A stretch of DNA of 64,000 nt from Eledone cirrhosa (Eukaryota), in assembly GCA_964016885.1 (NCBI GenBank), contig OZ024764.1, positions 12,524,001 through 12,588,000 on the forward strand, in the 5' to 3' direction. The notes under the pieces are model-generated. The model worked only from the letters and a program-made list of their open reading frames with translations, had not been told where the DNA came from and searched no databases. A program made the position numbers and the translations under genes. Shown here piece after piece: positions 25,301 to 40,845 of this stretch (within the stretch, counting starts at the first letter, position 1; every line of letters starts with the position of its first letter).

Positions 25301-28130
25301 ACACTACAACCACAACCACTACTACTACAACACTGCCTCCACCACTACACTACAACACTGCCTCCACCCCTCCACACCCACTCTACACTACACCGCACCC
25401 CTACTACAACTACACTACAACCACTACTACTAGAACCACAACCACCACCACTACAACACTGCCTCCACCCCTCCACACCCACTGTACACTACACCGCACC
25501 CCTACTACAACTACACTACAACCACAACCACTACTACTACAACACTGCCTCCACCACTACACTACAACACTGCCTCCACCCCTCCACACCCACTCTACAC
25601 TACACTGCACCCCTACTACAACTACACTACAACCACCACCACTACAACACTGCCTCCACCCCTCCACACCCACTGTACACTACACCGCACCCCTACTACA
25701 ACTACACTACAACCACAACCACTACTACTACAACACTGCCTCCACCACTACACTACAACACTGCCTCCACCCCTCCACACCCACTCTACACTACACTGCA
25801 CCCCTACTACAACTACACTACAACCACTACTACTAGAACCACAACCACCACCACTACAACACTGCCTCCACCCCTCCACACCCACTGTACACTACACCGC
25901 ACCCCTACTACAACTACACTACAACCACTACTACTAGAACCACAACCACCACCACTACAACACTGCCTCCACCCCTCCACACCCACTGTACACTACACCG
26001 CACCCCTACTACAACTACACTACAACCACTACTACTAGAACCACAACCACTACCACTACAACACTGCCTCCACCCCTCCACACCCACTGTACACTACACC
26101 GCACCCCTACTACAACTACACTACAACCACTACTACTAGAACCACAACCACCACCACTACAACACTGCCTCCACCCCTCCACACCCACTCTACACTACAC
26201 CGCACCCCTACTACAACTACACTACAACCACAACCACCACTACAACACTGCCTCCACCCCTCCACACCCACTGTACACTACACCTCACCCCTACTACAAC
26301 TATACTACAACCACAACCACCACCACTACACTACAACACTGCCTCCACCCCTCCACACCCACTGTACACTACACCTCACCCCTACTACAACTATACTACA
26401 ACCACAACCACCACCACTACACTACAACACTGCCTCCACCCCTCCACACCCACTGTACACTACACCTCACCCCTACTACAACTATACTACAACCACAACC
26501 ACCACCACTACACTACAACACTGCCTCCACCCCTCCACACCCACTGTACACTACACCTCACCCCTACTACAACTATACTACAACCACAACCACCACCACT
26601 ACACTACAACACTGCCTCCACCCCTCCACACCCACTGTACACTACACCTCACCCCTACTACAACTACACTACAACCACAACCACCACTACAACACTGCCT
26701 CCACCCCTCCACACCCACTGTACACTACACCTCACCCCTACTACAACTATACTACAACCACAACCACCACCACTACACTACAACACTGCCTCCACCCCTC
26801 CACACCCACTGTACACTACACCTCACCCCTACTACAACTACACTACAACCACAACCACTACAACACTGCCTCCACCCCTCCACACCCACTGTACACTACA
26901 CCTCACCCCTACTACAACTACACTACAACCACAACCACCACTACAACACTGCCTCCACCCCTCCACACCCACTGTACACTACACCTCACCCCTACTACAA
27001 CTATACTACAACCACAACCACCACCACTACACTACAACACTGCCTCCACCCCTCCACACCCACTGTACACTACACCTCACCCCTACTACAACTACACTAC
27101 AACCACAACCACTACAACACTGCCTCCACCCCTCCACACCCACTGTACACTACACCTCACCCCTACTACAACTACACTACAACCACAACCACTACAACAC
27201 TGCCTCCACCCCTCCACACCCACTGTACACTACACCTCACCCCTACTACAACTACACTACAACCACCACCACTACAACACTGCCTCCACCCCTCCACACC
27301 CACTGTACACTACACCTCACCCCTACTACAACTACACTACAACCACAACCACTACTACTACAACACTGCCTCCACCACTACACTACAACACTGCCTCCAC
27401 CCCTCCACACCCACTGTACACTACACCTCACCCCTACTACAACTACACTACAACCACAACCACTACAACACTGCCTCCACCCCTCCACACCCACTGTACA
27501 CTACACCTCACCCCTACTACAACTACACTACAACCACCACCACTACAACACTGCCTCCACCCCTCCACACCCACTGTACACTACACCTCACCCCTACTAC
27601 AACTACACTACAACCACAACCACTACTACTACAACACTGCCTCCACCACTACACTACAACACTGCCTCCACCCCTCCACACCCACTGTACACTACACCTC
27701 ACCCCTACTACAACTACACTACAACCACAACCACTACAACACTGCCTCCACCCCTCCACACCCACTGTACACTACACCTCACCCCTACTACAACTACACT
27801 ACAACCACAACCACTACAACACTGCCTCCACCCCTCCACACCCACTGTACACTACACCTCACCCCTACTACAACTACACTACAACCACCACCACTACAAC
27901 ACTGCCTCCACCCCTCCACACCCACTGTACACTACACCGCACCCCTACTACAACTATACTACAACCACAACCACCACCACTACACTACAACACTGCCTCC
28001 ACCCCTCCACACTCACTGGACACTATACTGGACCCCTACTACAACTACACTACAACCACAACCACCACCACTACAACACTGCCTCCACCCCTCCACACCC
28101 ACTAAACACTACACAGCACCCCTACTACAA
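16361..28130 (+). repeat. ~11.7-kb C/A-rich satellite with 80-bp and 101-bp unit variants
   Basis: Unit CCACTACAACACTGCCTCCAC(A/C)CCTCCACACCCACT(C/G)TACACTACACCGCACCCCTACTACAACTACACTACAACCA, with or without CTACTACTAGAACCACAACCA. Confidence 0.98.
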
Positions 28131-29060
28131 CACCAACAACCACTAACACCAACTCTACAACCACCACCACCACCATCACCAACACTACAACCACCACCAC
28201 CACCAACACTACAACCACCACCACCACCATTACCAACACTACAACCACCACTACAACCACTACCATCACCAACACTACAACCACCTCCACCACCACCAAC
28301 ACCCGAACAACAACAATACTACAACCATCACCACCACATCCCCAGAACAACACACCACCACCACCACACGAACAACAACAAAACTACAACCACCACCACC
28401 AACAACAATACTACACCACCACCACCACCCGAACAACAACAATACTACAACCATCACCACCACATCCCCATAACAACACACCACCACCACCACATGAACA
28501 ACAACAACACTACAACCACCACCACCAACAACAACACTACACCAGCACCACCACCACACGAACAACAACACCACCAACACCACACCACCACCACACCACC
28601 ACCACCACTCCACCACACGAACAACAACACCACCAACACCACACCACCACCACACCACCACCACCACTCCACCACCCGAGGCCCTACAAGATCCAATCTT
28701 GTTGTGAAACATCAAACCACCCATGTAAGGCAACTTACCCGTAAAGTTGAGAAAAAGCCACCATCATCACCACCACCACCACCACCACCATCACCATCAC
28801 CACCATAACAACCACCATCATCACCATAACAACCACCATCACCATCATCATCATCACCACCTCCACCATAACAATCACCATCATCATCACCATCACCACC
28901 ACCATCATCATCATCACCATCATCACCACCACCACCATCATCACCATTATCACCATCATCACCACTACAACTACTATTACCACCATCACCACCCCCACCA
29001 CCACCACTACTACACTACCACCAACACCCCCACAACCACCACCACTACTACTAACACTAA
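28130..29060 (+). repeat. (CAC/CAA/CAT)n low-complexity tract
   Basis: Direct reading; short unique island at 28680-28760. Confidence 0.9.
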
Positions 29061-29147
29061 CTTTGATAAGAAAACTAAATTAATTCAATTTTAATTAGAT
29101 TTCAAACAACATGGCGACATAGTGCTGTTGTTAATGAGGGGGAGGGG

Positions 29148-29600
29148 GTTTAACCCTAGGTCAGTCCTGATCCAGTAGACCTATGATCAAAGATGTTCCA
29201 GCTGTGACCACAGTGTATCTAGGACTACATTATCTAATGTACAGTATAGTAGTTAGTATTAGTGGCTATAGTTGTTGTTTAGCCCTAGGTCAGTCCTGAT
29301 CCAGTAGACCTATGATCAAAGATGTTCCAACTGTGACCATAGTATATCTAGGACTACATTATCTAATGTACAGTACAGTAGTTAGTATTAGTGGCTATAG
29401 TTGTTGTTTAGCCCTAGGTCAGTCTTGATCCAGTAGACCTATGATCAAAGATGTTCCAGCTGTGACCATCGTATATCTAGGACTACATTATCTAATGTAC
29501 AGTACAGTAGTTAGTATTAGTGGCTATAGTTGTTGTTTAGCCCTAGGTCAGTCCTGATCCAGTAGACCTATGATCAAAGATGTTCCAGCTGTGACCATCC
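29148..29600 (+). repeat. ~129-bp tandem repeat (~3.5 copies); inverted copies at 29620-29760 and 30525-30860
   Basis: CCCTAGGTCAGTCCTGATCCAGTAGACCTATGATCAAAGATGTTCCAGCTGTGACCA..GTATCTAGGACTACATTATCTAATGTACAG. Confidence 0.92.
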
Positions 29601-29766
29601 AAACAGTATATCTGTGTCTACATTATACTAACAACTATACTGTACATTAGATAATGTAGTCCTAGATACACTATCTCTGAATAAAAGACAGGATGGTCAC
29701 AGTTGGAACATCCTTGATCACAGGTCTACTGGATCAGGACTGACCTAGGGCTAAACATTGTACATT

Positions 29767-29952
29767 GGTGGATTGGCAGTATCGGGAGACGGTTGGACGC
29801 CATGCTTTGACGCATAGAGTTATGGCCCTTGCCATTCTGAGTTCAAATCCCGCCGAGGTTAACTTTGCCTTTCATCCTTATGGGGTCGATAAAATAAAGT
29901 ACCAGTAATACACTGGGTAATTGCTGGCCTTGTGCCAAAAGTAGAAACAATT
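29767..29952 (+). mobile_element. Full-length tRNA-derived SINE with Meta-like core (reference copy of the dominant SINE here)
   Basis: A-box-like TGGCAGTATCGG; B-box GAGTTCAAATCC; core TTGCCTTTCATCCTTA(C/T)GGGGTCGATAAAATAAAGTACCAG resembles the MetaSINE/Sauria-SINE core; tail GCTGGCCTTGTGCCAAAAGTAGAAAC. Confidence 0.85.
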
Positions 29953-30330
29953 ATAGTGTAGAAACAATTGTAGTGTGTATATTGATATTATACACAAGTA
30001 TATATACATGTAGATATGATACATCAAATAAAATCGTAATTGACAATATACACAGAAATTGAACGAAGACTGCGTTACACTGTCTTATGTAATCAGTAAC
30101 GTAATCCATGATACATTAAAAAAAGACGATATTATATATAAACTGCATTAGGAGAAAATTAGTGACGGAAATATATGACTGTTTATCTAAGCGATCGCTA
30201 ACCAGAAGTGTTGACATTTGAAAATTTTTAAAGAAGTGAATCTTTAAATAACCAACAAAATTATTTATATTTAATCAACAGCTATGAAATTTAGTAGATA
30301 AATTATGTAATATTCATTCATTATTTATTC

Positions 30331-30430
30331 AAAGTTAACTTTGCCTTTCATCCTTACGGGGTCGATAAAATAAAGTACCAGTAATGTACTGGGTAATTGC
30401 TGGCCTTGTGCCTAAAATAGAAACAATTAT
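30331..30430 (+). mobile_element. SINE 3' half (same family)
   Basis: Core and tail match 29856-29952. Confidence 0.85.
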
Positions 30431-30524
30431 TTATTCAAAGTAATCCAACCTATTTTACTAACGGGATTAATAAAATATATTCTGGACGCAGTCCCACACT
30501 CCTTACTTTATTATAGCTTATATA

Positions 30525-30860
30525 GTCCTAGATACACTATGGTCACAGCTGGAACATCTTTGATCATAGGTCTACTGGATCAAGACTGACCTAGGGTTAA
30601 ACAACAACTATAGCCACTAATACTAACTACTATACTGTACATTAGATAATGTAGTCCTAGATACACTATGGTCACAGTTGGAACATCTTTGATCATAGGT
30701 CTACTGGATCAGGACTGACCTAGGGCTAAACAACAACTATAGCCACTAATACTAACTACTGTACTGTACATTAGATAATGTAGTCCTAGATACACTATGG
30801 TCACAGTTGGAATAGCTTTGATCATAAGTCTCCTGGATCATGACTGACCTGGGGCTAAAC
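30525..30860 (-). repeat. Inverted copies (~2.7) of the 29148-29600 tandem unit
   Basis: Reverse-complement match. Confidence 0.9.
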
Positions 30861-31389
30861 AGGATCAACCATGACCACCACCATAACCACCAGTAGCATC
30901 ATCATCATCATCAACAACAACACCACCAACAGCAACAACACGCCAGCAGTGGGAGCACTATCAGTGTGCTGGGTGTTCGGTTTATTGAACTCCGCTACAG
31001 TGAAAACAGATCCCAAGATTTTCACATATGGTAAGACAATCAAAGGAGGTGGGGGGTTGGCTGTTAGGGTGGGGTGGAGGGTTGGCTGTTGGGGTGGGGT
31101 GGGGGGGTGTTAGGGTGGGGAGAGGGTTGGCTATTATGTGTAGGGTGGAGGGTGGGTTGGAGAGTAGCTGTTAGAGTGGGGGTAAGGTTGTTAGGGGTGG
31201 GGTGGGGTGGGGGTATGGCTGTGGGGGTGGGGGTACGGCTGTTAGGGGTGCGAAAGCTGAGTGTTTATTTATATATCTCATAGAGTTAGCAGGGATTATA
31301 AACACCCTCCCTGCCTCCGCCACTAACCCCACCCTACTCTAGTGGTGTAGATTTTGGCAGTCTACACATGTTACATAGTGTAATGATAC

Positions 31390-32112
<723 letters not shown>

Positions 32113-32212
32113 AATTGTTTCTACTTTTGGCACAAGGCCAGCAATTACCCCAGTGTATTACTGGTACTTTATTTTATCGACCCCGTAAGGATGAAAGGCA
32201 AAGTTAATCTCA
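32113..32212 (-). mobile_element. SINE 3' half (same family)
   Basis: TTGTTTCTACTTTTGGCACAAGGCCAGCAATT...GGATGAAAGGCAAAGTTAA. Confidence 0.85.
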
Positions 32213-32214
32213 GT

Positions 32215-32248
<34 letters not shown>

Positions 32249-32265
32249 AATGTTTAATATATAAA

Positions 32266-32318
32266 TGGCTTCTACAGGACTAGAACTGTTTCATTCGAAG
32301 GAAATCATCATGATTTCC
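32266..32318 (-). ncRNA. Truncated copy of the 10444/61868 hammerhead family (C3 and 5' stem I lost)
   Basis: GGCTTCTACAGGACTAGAACTGTTTCATTCGAAGGAAATCATCA matches the other copies but reads AUGAUGA in the core. Confidence 0.6.
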
Positions 32319-32349
32319 TTTGATATATATATATATATATATAAATATA

Positions 32350-32356
32350 TATCCAT

Positions 32357-32388
<32 letters not shown>

Positions 32389-33607
32389 AAGCAAACATAC
32401 ACCTTTATACCACACATATATTTACACACACACACAGCCACACATATATATTCACATACACACACATATATATCCACACACACATACACACACACATATA
32501 TATCCACACAGAGACACAAACACAGCAACATATACATCCACACACACACACACAGCCACACATATATATTCACATACACACACAGCCACACATCTATATT
32601 CACATACACACACATACAAACACAGCAACGTATACATCCACACACACACACACACACATATATTCACATACACACATACACACACACATACAAACACAGC
32701 AACATATACATCCACACACAGCCACACATATGTATTCACACACACACATATATATCCACACACACATACAAACACAGCAACATATACATCCATACACATA
32801 TATATTCACAGCCACACATATACATCCACACACACACAGCCACACATATATTCACATACACACACACAGCCACACATATATATTCACATACACACACACA
32901 GCCACACATATATATTCACACACACACACAGCCACACATATATATTCACACACACACACAGCCACACATATATATTCACATACACACACACAGCCACACA
33001 TATGTTCACATACACACACACGCATATATATATATTCACATACACACACACAGCCACACATATATATTCACATACACACACACAGCCACACATATATATT
33101 CACATACACACACACAGCCACACATATATATTCACACACACACACAGCCACACATATATATTCACATACACACACACAGCCACACATATGTTCACATACA
33201 CACACACGCATATATATATATTCACATACACACACACAGCCACACATATATATTCACATACACACACACAGCCACACATATATATTCACATACACACACA
33301 CAGCCACACATATATATTCACACACACACACAGCCACACATATATTCACATACACACACACAGCCACACATATGTTCACATACACACACACGCATATATA
33401 TATATTCACATACACACACACAGCCACACATATATATTCACATACACACACACAGCCACGCATATATATTCACATACACACACACACACAGCCACACATA
33501 TACATCCACACAGCCACACATATATTCACATACACACATATATATATATCCACACACACATACAAACACACACACACACACACACAGCCACACATATATA
33601 TTCACAT

Positions 33608-33641
<34 letters not shown>

Positions 33642-34043
33642 TCACACACACACACACAGCCACACATATATATTCACACACACACACAGCCACACATATA
33701 TATTCACATACACACACACAGCCACGCATATATATTCACACACACAGCCACACATATATATCCACACAGCCACACACACGCATATATATATATATATATA
33801 TTCACACACACACACAGCCACACATATGTTCACATACACACACACGCATATATATATATTCACATACACACACACAGCCACACACACGCATATATATATA
33901 TATATATATTCACACACACACACAGCCACACATATATATCCACACAGCCACACACACGCATATATATATATATATATTCACACACACACACAGCCACACA
34001 TATACATCCACACAGCCACACACACGCATATATATATATATAT

Positions 34044-34105
<62 letters not shown>

Positions 34106-34411
34106 ACACAGAGACAAACAGAAGCAAGCATACATAGGTATATTATATACACACCCAAACACAGCCACACACCACAGAAACGACCAGCCACACCCCGCCC
34201 CAGACACCACACAGACCAACACAACTCATATGAACATCTAAAAAGTACTTCCAAGGTAGACATAGCCTCTCAAACAAACACCAGTGTACTGTACATTAAA
34301 ACAACACCAGAAAAAAGCTAGAATTAAGATAAAAACGGAATGGAATTTCAAAGGTATCCCTATGTAAATATACAGTGTGTATGTGTATGTATGTGTGTAT
34401 ATATATATATG

Positions 34412-34457
<46 letters not shown>

Positions 34458-34484
34458 GGCAGTAATTGGTATATAAATGTACAC

Positions 34485-34538
<54 letters not shown>

Positions 34539-34706
34539 CTATATATACATACATATATATACGTATATACACCTATATATATATACATACATACATATAT
34601 AACTATATATACATACATATATAAACCTATATGTACATACATATGTATACCTATATATATATATATATACATATATATATACCTATATATATATATATAT
34701 ATACAT

Positions 34707-34737
<31 letters not shown>

Positions 34738-34746
34738 CATACACAC

Positions 34747-34785
<39 letters not shown>

Positions 34786-34840
34786 CATACACACATATAT
34801 ATATATATATATACGCACACACATATATATATATAAGTAA
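32350..34840. repeat. CA/TA-rich compound minisatellite (CACAGCCACACATATATATTCA) and (TA)n
   Basis: Direct reading. Confidence 0.92.
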
Positions 34841-35099
34841 ATTTGCAAACGGAAAAATAGATAAGAAACAAAAGCATCTAATTTCCTCATCAACCACTCC
34901 CTGGAAAATACACTTTTGTGCATAAGTGTGGTATCAGATTCTTTACTTCACAGATGCACAGCTGCTGGAAAGATGCACGTGGGGAAAATATTAACAACAT
35001 AGAAACAAGCTAATGAAAAATAAACACAGTAACAGTAGAATACAAGGAGGGGAGCAGCTGAGCAATGAAGAAACAGTTAAGAGCACACCTGAAGGGTTT

Positions 35100-35560
35100 A
35101 TAAGTTGACTATGAAGGAGTGATGTTAGGGCTGTGAAATCTTGCATGCATTATATTTCAACTTTTCTTATTAATAACTACATTGTTTCTTTTCACGGACT
35201 ACGTTGAAAAATAAACCTAAGTTGACTATGAAGGAGTGATGCTAGTGCTGTGAAATCTTGCATGCATTATATTTCAACTTTTCTTATTAATAACTACATT
35301 GTTTCTTTTCAGGGACTACGTTGAAAAATAAACCTAAGTTGACTATGAAGGAGTGATGCTAGAGCTGTGAAATCTTACTGAAAAATAAACCTCGTTTTGT
35401 CATTCCATGAGAGTGTCTTAGTCAGACTATGAAGGAGGGATGTTAGAGCTGTGAAATCTTGCATGTCATTAATTTCAACTCTTTTTATTAATAACTACAT
35501 CGTGTTTCTTTCCAGAGGCTATGTTGAAAAATAAACTTCATTTGGTCATTCCATTAGAGT
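35100..35560 (+). repeat. Degenerate ~117-bp tandem repeat
   Basis: AAGTTGACTATGAAGGAGTGATG at 35102, 35219, 35336 and a diverged copy at ~35425. Confidence 0.85.
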
Positions 35561-35612
35561 ATCTTGGTCAGTTTATTACCTTACAGCCGACCCTTGTATA
35601 TATATATATATA

Positions 35613-35849
35613 TCATCATCATCATCATCATCATCGATTAACATCTATCTTCCACGTTAGCATGGGTTAGACAGGTTTGTCCTATTTAGAGGCAAGTTGG
35701 GTCAGGTGACTGTGTCTTGCTCATATAAGACTGTTTTTGGCTGGTTTTCTACAGCTGGAGGACCTTCCTAATGCCAACCACATTTACAGTAAATGCTGGG
35801 AGCTTTTTGCCATGTCTTTTACACGTCCTCTTTACATGTGGGCTGGGTG

Positions 35850-35852
<3 letters not shown>
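35613..35852 (-). mobile_element. RTE-related 3' UTR element (diverged subfamily)
   Basis: (CAT)n-..TTCCACGTTAGCATGGGTTAGAC..TTTCTACAGCTGG..CCTTCCTAATGCCAACCACATTTACAG. Confidence 0.75.
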
Positions 35853-35888
<36 letters not shown>

Positions 35889-36007
35889 TCCAGATATGAT
35901 TCCAGTTCCTCAATGATATAACAACCCAACCAGGAACTGGGCATAGAGTATTGACAATATTATACACCTCAACAACATATGTACTTGTCTATACCACACT
36001 AATTCGG

Positions 36008-36062
36008 ACTGCCTGAAGAGGTCACAGCCAAAGATGGCTGTCACTGAAATATATATACCAGT
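36008..36062 (+). ncRNA. Minimal type I hammerhead motif (intact core, C.C mismatch at base of stem I)
   Basis: ACUGC-CUGAAGA-GGUcACAGCCA aaga UGGCUGUcACU-GAA-AU-AUAU-AU-A-CCAGU; AUA triplet; followed by AATAAA. Confidence 0.65.
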
Positions 36063-36418
36063 AATAAACAAAGCTAAATTTTAAACATTTGACTTTTTAT
36101 TTAACTTTATATATATGTAGGAGGTGAGTTTTATTGTAGTACAATAAAGCAATGCAAATATCGGATAAGAAGCACTCTACAGTTTGTAGGACTGGAGTAT
36201 ACATAATATATAAGGTCAAAAGAAACTCATTTAACCATCTTTTGACCTTATATATTATATATATATATATAAATATATATATATGTAGAGGTTATATTTA
36301 ATTTGTTGGGATACAACAAGCAAAATATTTTTATAACTGATATAAAGCACTCAACAAATTAATTGGAGTAAATATACAATATATTAACAAATGGAAACTA
36401 TATTTATAAAACCATATT

Positions 36419-36484
36419 TATTTCATTATACATATTTCAAGGGCCACCAAGGCAGATTATGGTGCGCTTTCATCAGATAAAATA
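36419..36484 (-). ncRNA. Minimal type I hammerhead motif (intact core)
   Basis: UAUUUUAU-CUGAUGA-AAGcgCACCA..UGGUGgccCUU-GAA-AU-AUGU-AU-A-AUGAAAUA; 8-bp stem I; AUA triplet. Confidence 0.75.
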
Positions 36485-36522
36485 TAATATAGATTAGTTT
36501 TATAAATAAATATTGACATACA

Positions 36523-36582
36523 AGGGCGGTGCCCCAGCATGGCCTCAGCCGGATGGCTGAAACAGGTAAAAGAGTAAAAGAG
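36523..36582 (+). mobile_element. SINE-like 3' end of a second family (reverse copy at 46695-46756)
   Basis: AGGGCGGTGCCCCAGCATGGCCTCAGCCGGATGG.TGAAACAGGTAAAAGAGT present in both orientations. Confidence 0.65.
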
Positions 36583-36682
36583 TATACCCTGAAAAATGCA
36601 ACCTTCACGGTTGGAGTCTCCTGGATATGAAATATGTATAATGAAATAAATATGGTTTTATAAATATAGTTTCCATTTGTTA

Positions 36683-36729
<47 letters not shown>

Positions 36730-36733
<4 letters not shown>

Positions 36734-37202
36734 TCATCATCACCGTTTTACGTCCGTTCTTCCACGCTAGCATGGGTTAGACGGGTTGTCCTGTTGTGGG
36801 CAGTGTCTGGTCGGCTGACCATGCCTTGCTCATACAGGAACTGATTTGGCTTGATTTCTACAGCTGGATGCCCTTCCTAACACCAACCTCATTTACAGTG
36901 AGTGCTGGGTGCTTTTTTGTGGCGCCTACACGTCCACTTTACAGTGTGGGCTGGGTGTTTTTTTTCTGTGGCACCTCCACGACCACTTTACAGTGTGGGC
37001 TGGGTGCTTTTTTGCCGTGGCACCTCCACGACCACCTTGCGGTGGGGGGTGTGGGGGCATATTGTCTATATGCTTCAGCTTGTACCCATGGGAGGTCGGG
37101 TACTCTGCATTACTACGTGACGCCAGAAGTCACGGTCGTGTGTCATTGCCCTTGAGAGGTGTAATTGGCTAAGGTCGGCTTTTATCACCTCATCCCAGGT
37201 CA
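36730..37202 (-). mobile_element. 5'-truncated RTE copy (ORF C-terminus, 3' UTR and (GAT)n)
   Basis: Reverse complement closely matches 52125-52556; encodes WDEVIKADL..LHLS..MTHDRDFWRH. Confidence 0.92.
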
Positions 37203-37324
37203 TATATATATATATATATAAGTATTGAAGTTTCTGTTGAAAATTGAAAAAGTCATAGGAGTGAAGAGTGCTCTATGTAAGTACCAGAGGAGATTTTTCA
37301 AATATTTCACCATGTTTTATATTG

Positions 37325-37392
37325 CCTTGTCCGATGAACAAATGACGACGTTTTTCGTATTCGTCTTATTCGGGAAACCTCTGGTAATGAGG
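37325..37392 (+). ncRNA. Decayed hammerhead motif (core CCGAUGA)
   Basis: CCUUGU-CCGAUGA-...-GAAACC-ucu-GGUA-AUGAGG; stem I pairs at 6/6 with two G.U; stem II degenerate. Confidence 0.45.
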
Positions 37393-37418
37393 TAATTATA
37401 GTGTCTTGTTTATTATGC

Positions 37419-37453
<35 letters not shown>

Positions 37454-37649
37454 ATGAGTTATATGGTTTGTTGATTATTCAACAGAGTTAATTTACAGCA
37501 GATTAGAAGCACTTAATGTTTTTATCCGCAGTATCATTAATATCAGATCAAACCATAAAGGGGCATAACTCTACCAATTAACTGGCAAGCCACTGCCACC
37601 CTCATAACAACAACAACAACAACAACAACAACAACCATAACAACAACAA

Positions 37650-38440
37650 ATGTTTCTATTTTTGGCTCAAGGCCAGCAATTACCCCAGTGCATTACTGGT
37701 ACTTTATTTTATCGACCCCGTAAGGATGAAAGGCAAAGTTAACCTCGGCGGGATTTGAACTCAGAATGTAAAGGGCCATATCTCTATGCTGCAAAGCATG
37801 GTGTTTGACGCTCTACCAATCCACGAACTGTTTCTACTTTTGGCACAAGGCCAGCAATTAAACGTCATTACACTGAAAAGTTCGTTATAACGGTATTTTA
37901 CTTGTAACAATAATTATAATTATTTCTACTATTGGCACAAGGCCAGCAATTACCCCAGTGTATTACTGGTACTTTATTTTATCTACCCTGTAAGGATGAA
38001 AGGCAAAGTTATGGTTTCTTATATAGGCACAAGGTCAGCAATTTTGGAGGGAGGAGAGAGTAATTTGAATCGACCCAATGTATTACTGGTACTTTATTTT
38101 ATCTACCCTGCAAGGATGAAAGGCAAAGTTATGGTTTCTTATATAGGCACAAGGTCAGCAATTTTGGGGGGAGGAGAGAGTCAATTGAATCGACCCTGTG
38201 TATTACTGGTACTTTATTTTATCTACCCTGCAAGGATGAAAGGCAAAGTTATGGTTTCTTATATAGGCACAAGGTCAGCAATTTTGGGGGGAGGAGGGAA
38301 TCAATTGAATCGACCCCAGTCTATTACTGGTACTTTATTTTATCGACCCCTTGTAAGGTATGAAAGGCAGAGTTAACTTCGGCGAGATTTGAACTCAGAT
38401 CAGACCATAAAGGGACGTAACTCTACCTGGCAAGCCACCG
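37650..38440 (-). mobile_element. Cluster of SINE copies including a 120-bp SINE-internal tandem array (37920-38400)
   Basis: Repeated GGCACAAGGTCAGCAATT..TATTACTGGTACTTTATTTTATCTACCCTG.AAGGATGAAAGGCAAAGTT. Confidence 0.9.
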
Positions 38441-38726
38441 CCAACACCCCCACCACAACAACAACAACAACAACAACTACAACAGCAATAATAAAACTAC
38501 AATGACAAGGAAATAATTGTGGTGAATCACAGAGGAGTAAAAAATAAACTGACTCGAGGAATTTTAATCGTTTCTTTAATCCCTTATTTAGCTTCGACAG
38601 CAAAAGTCTCCCTATTTTCTGGTAGGGTGCTGGGTAGGGAACAGAGCTTGGTGGGGGTTTGGGTGCAGGGTGAGGCAGTGTCACAGTTATGGGGGTTGTA
38701 CTCTCTAGTACTCTCCTTTCTTTATT

Positions 38727-40725
<1,999 letters not shown>

Positions 40726-40845
40726 AATGTATATAATGTGAATATGTAACTAGTTGCTTAAAAATAATTTAAAAAAAAATTGTAGGGGGCAAAGAGAAGC
40801 CATAATTACCGTCACAACTCTAACCACCCCTTATCAAAGTGGCTT

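Noticed and set aside
32265-34321. Long His/Thr/Tyr/Ile-rich ORFs (and similar ones at 38.7-40.6, 47-49, 54.6-60 and 62.6 kb)
   Set aside because: Translations of CA/TA/CAA/CAT microsatellites that lack stop codons by composition
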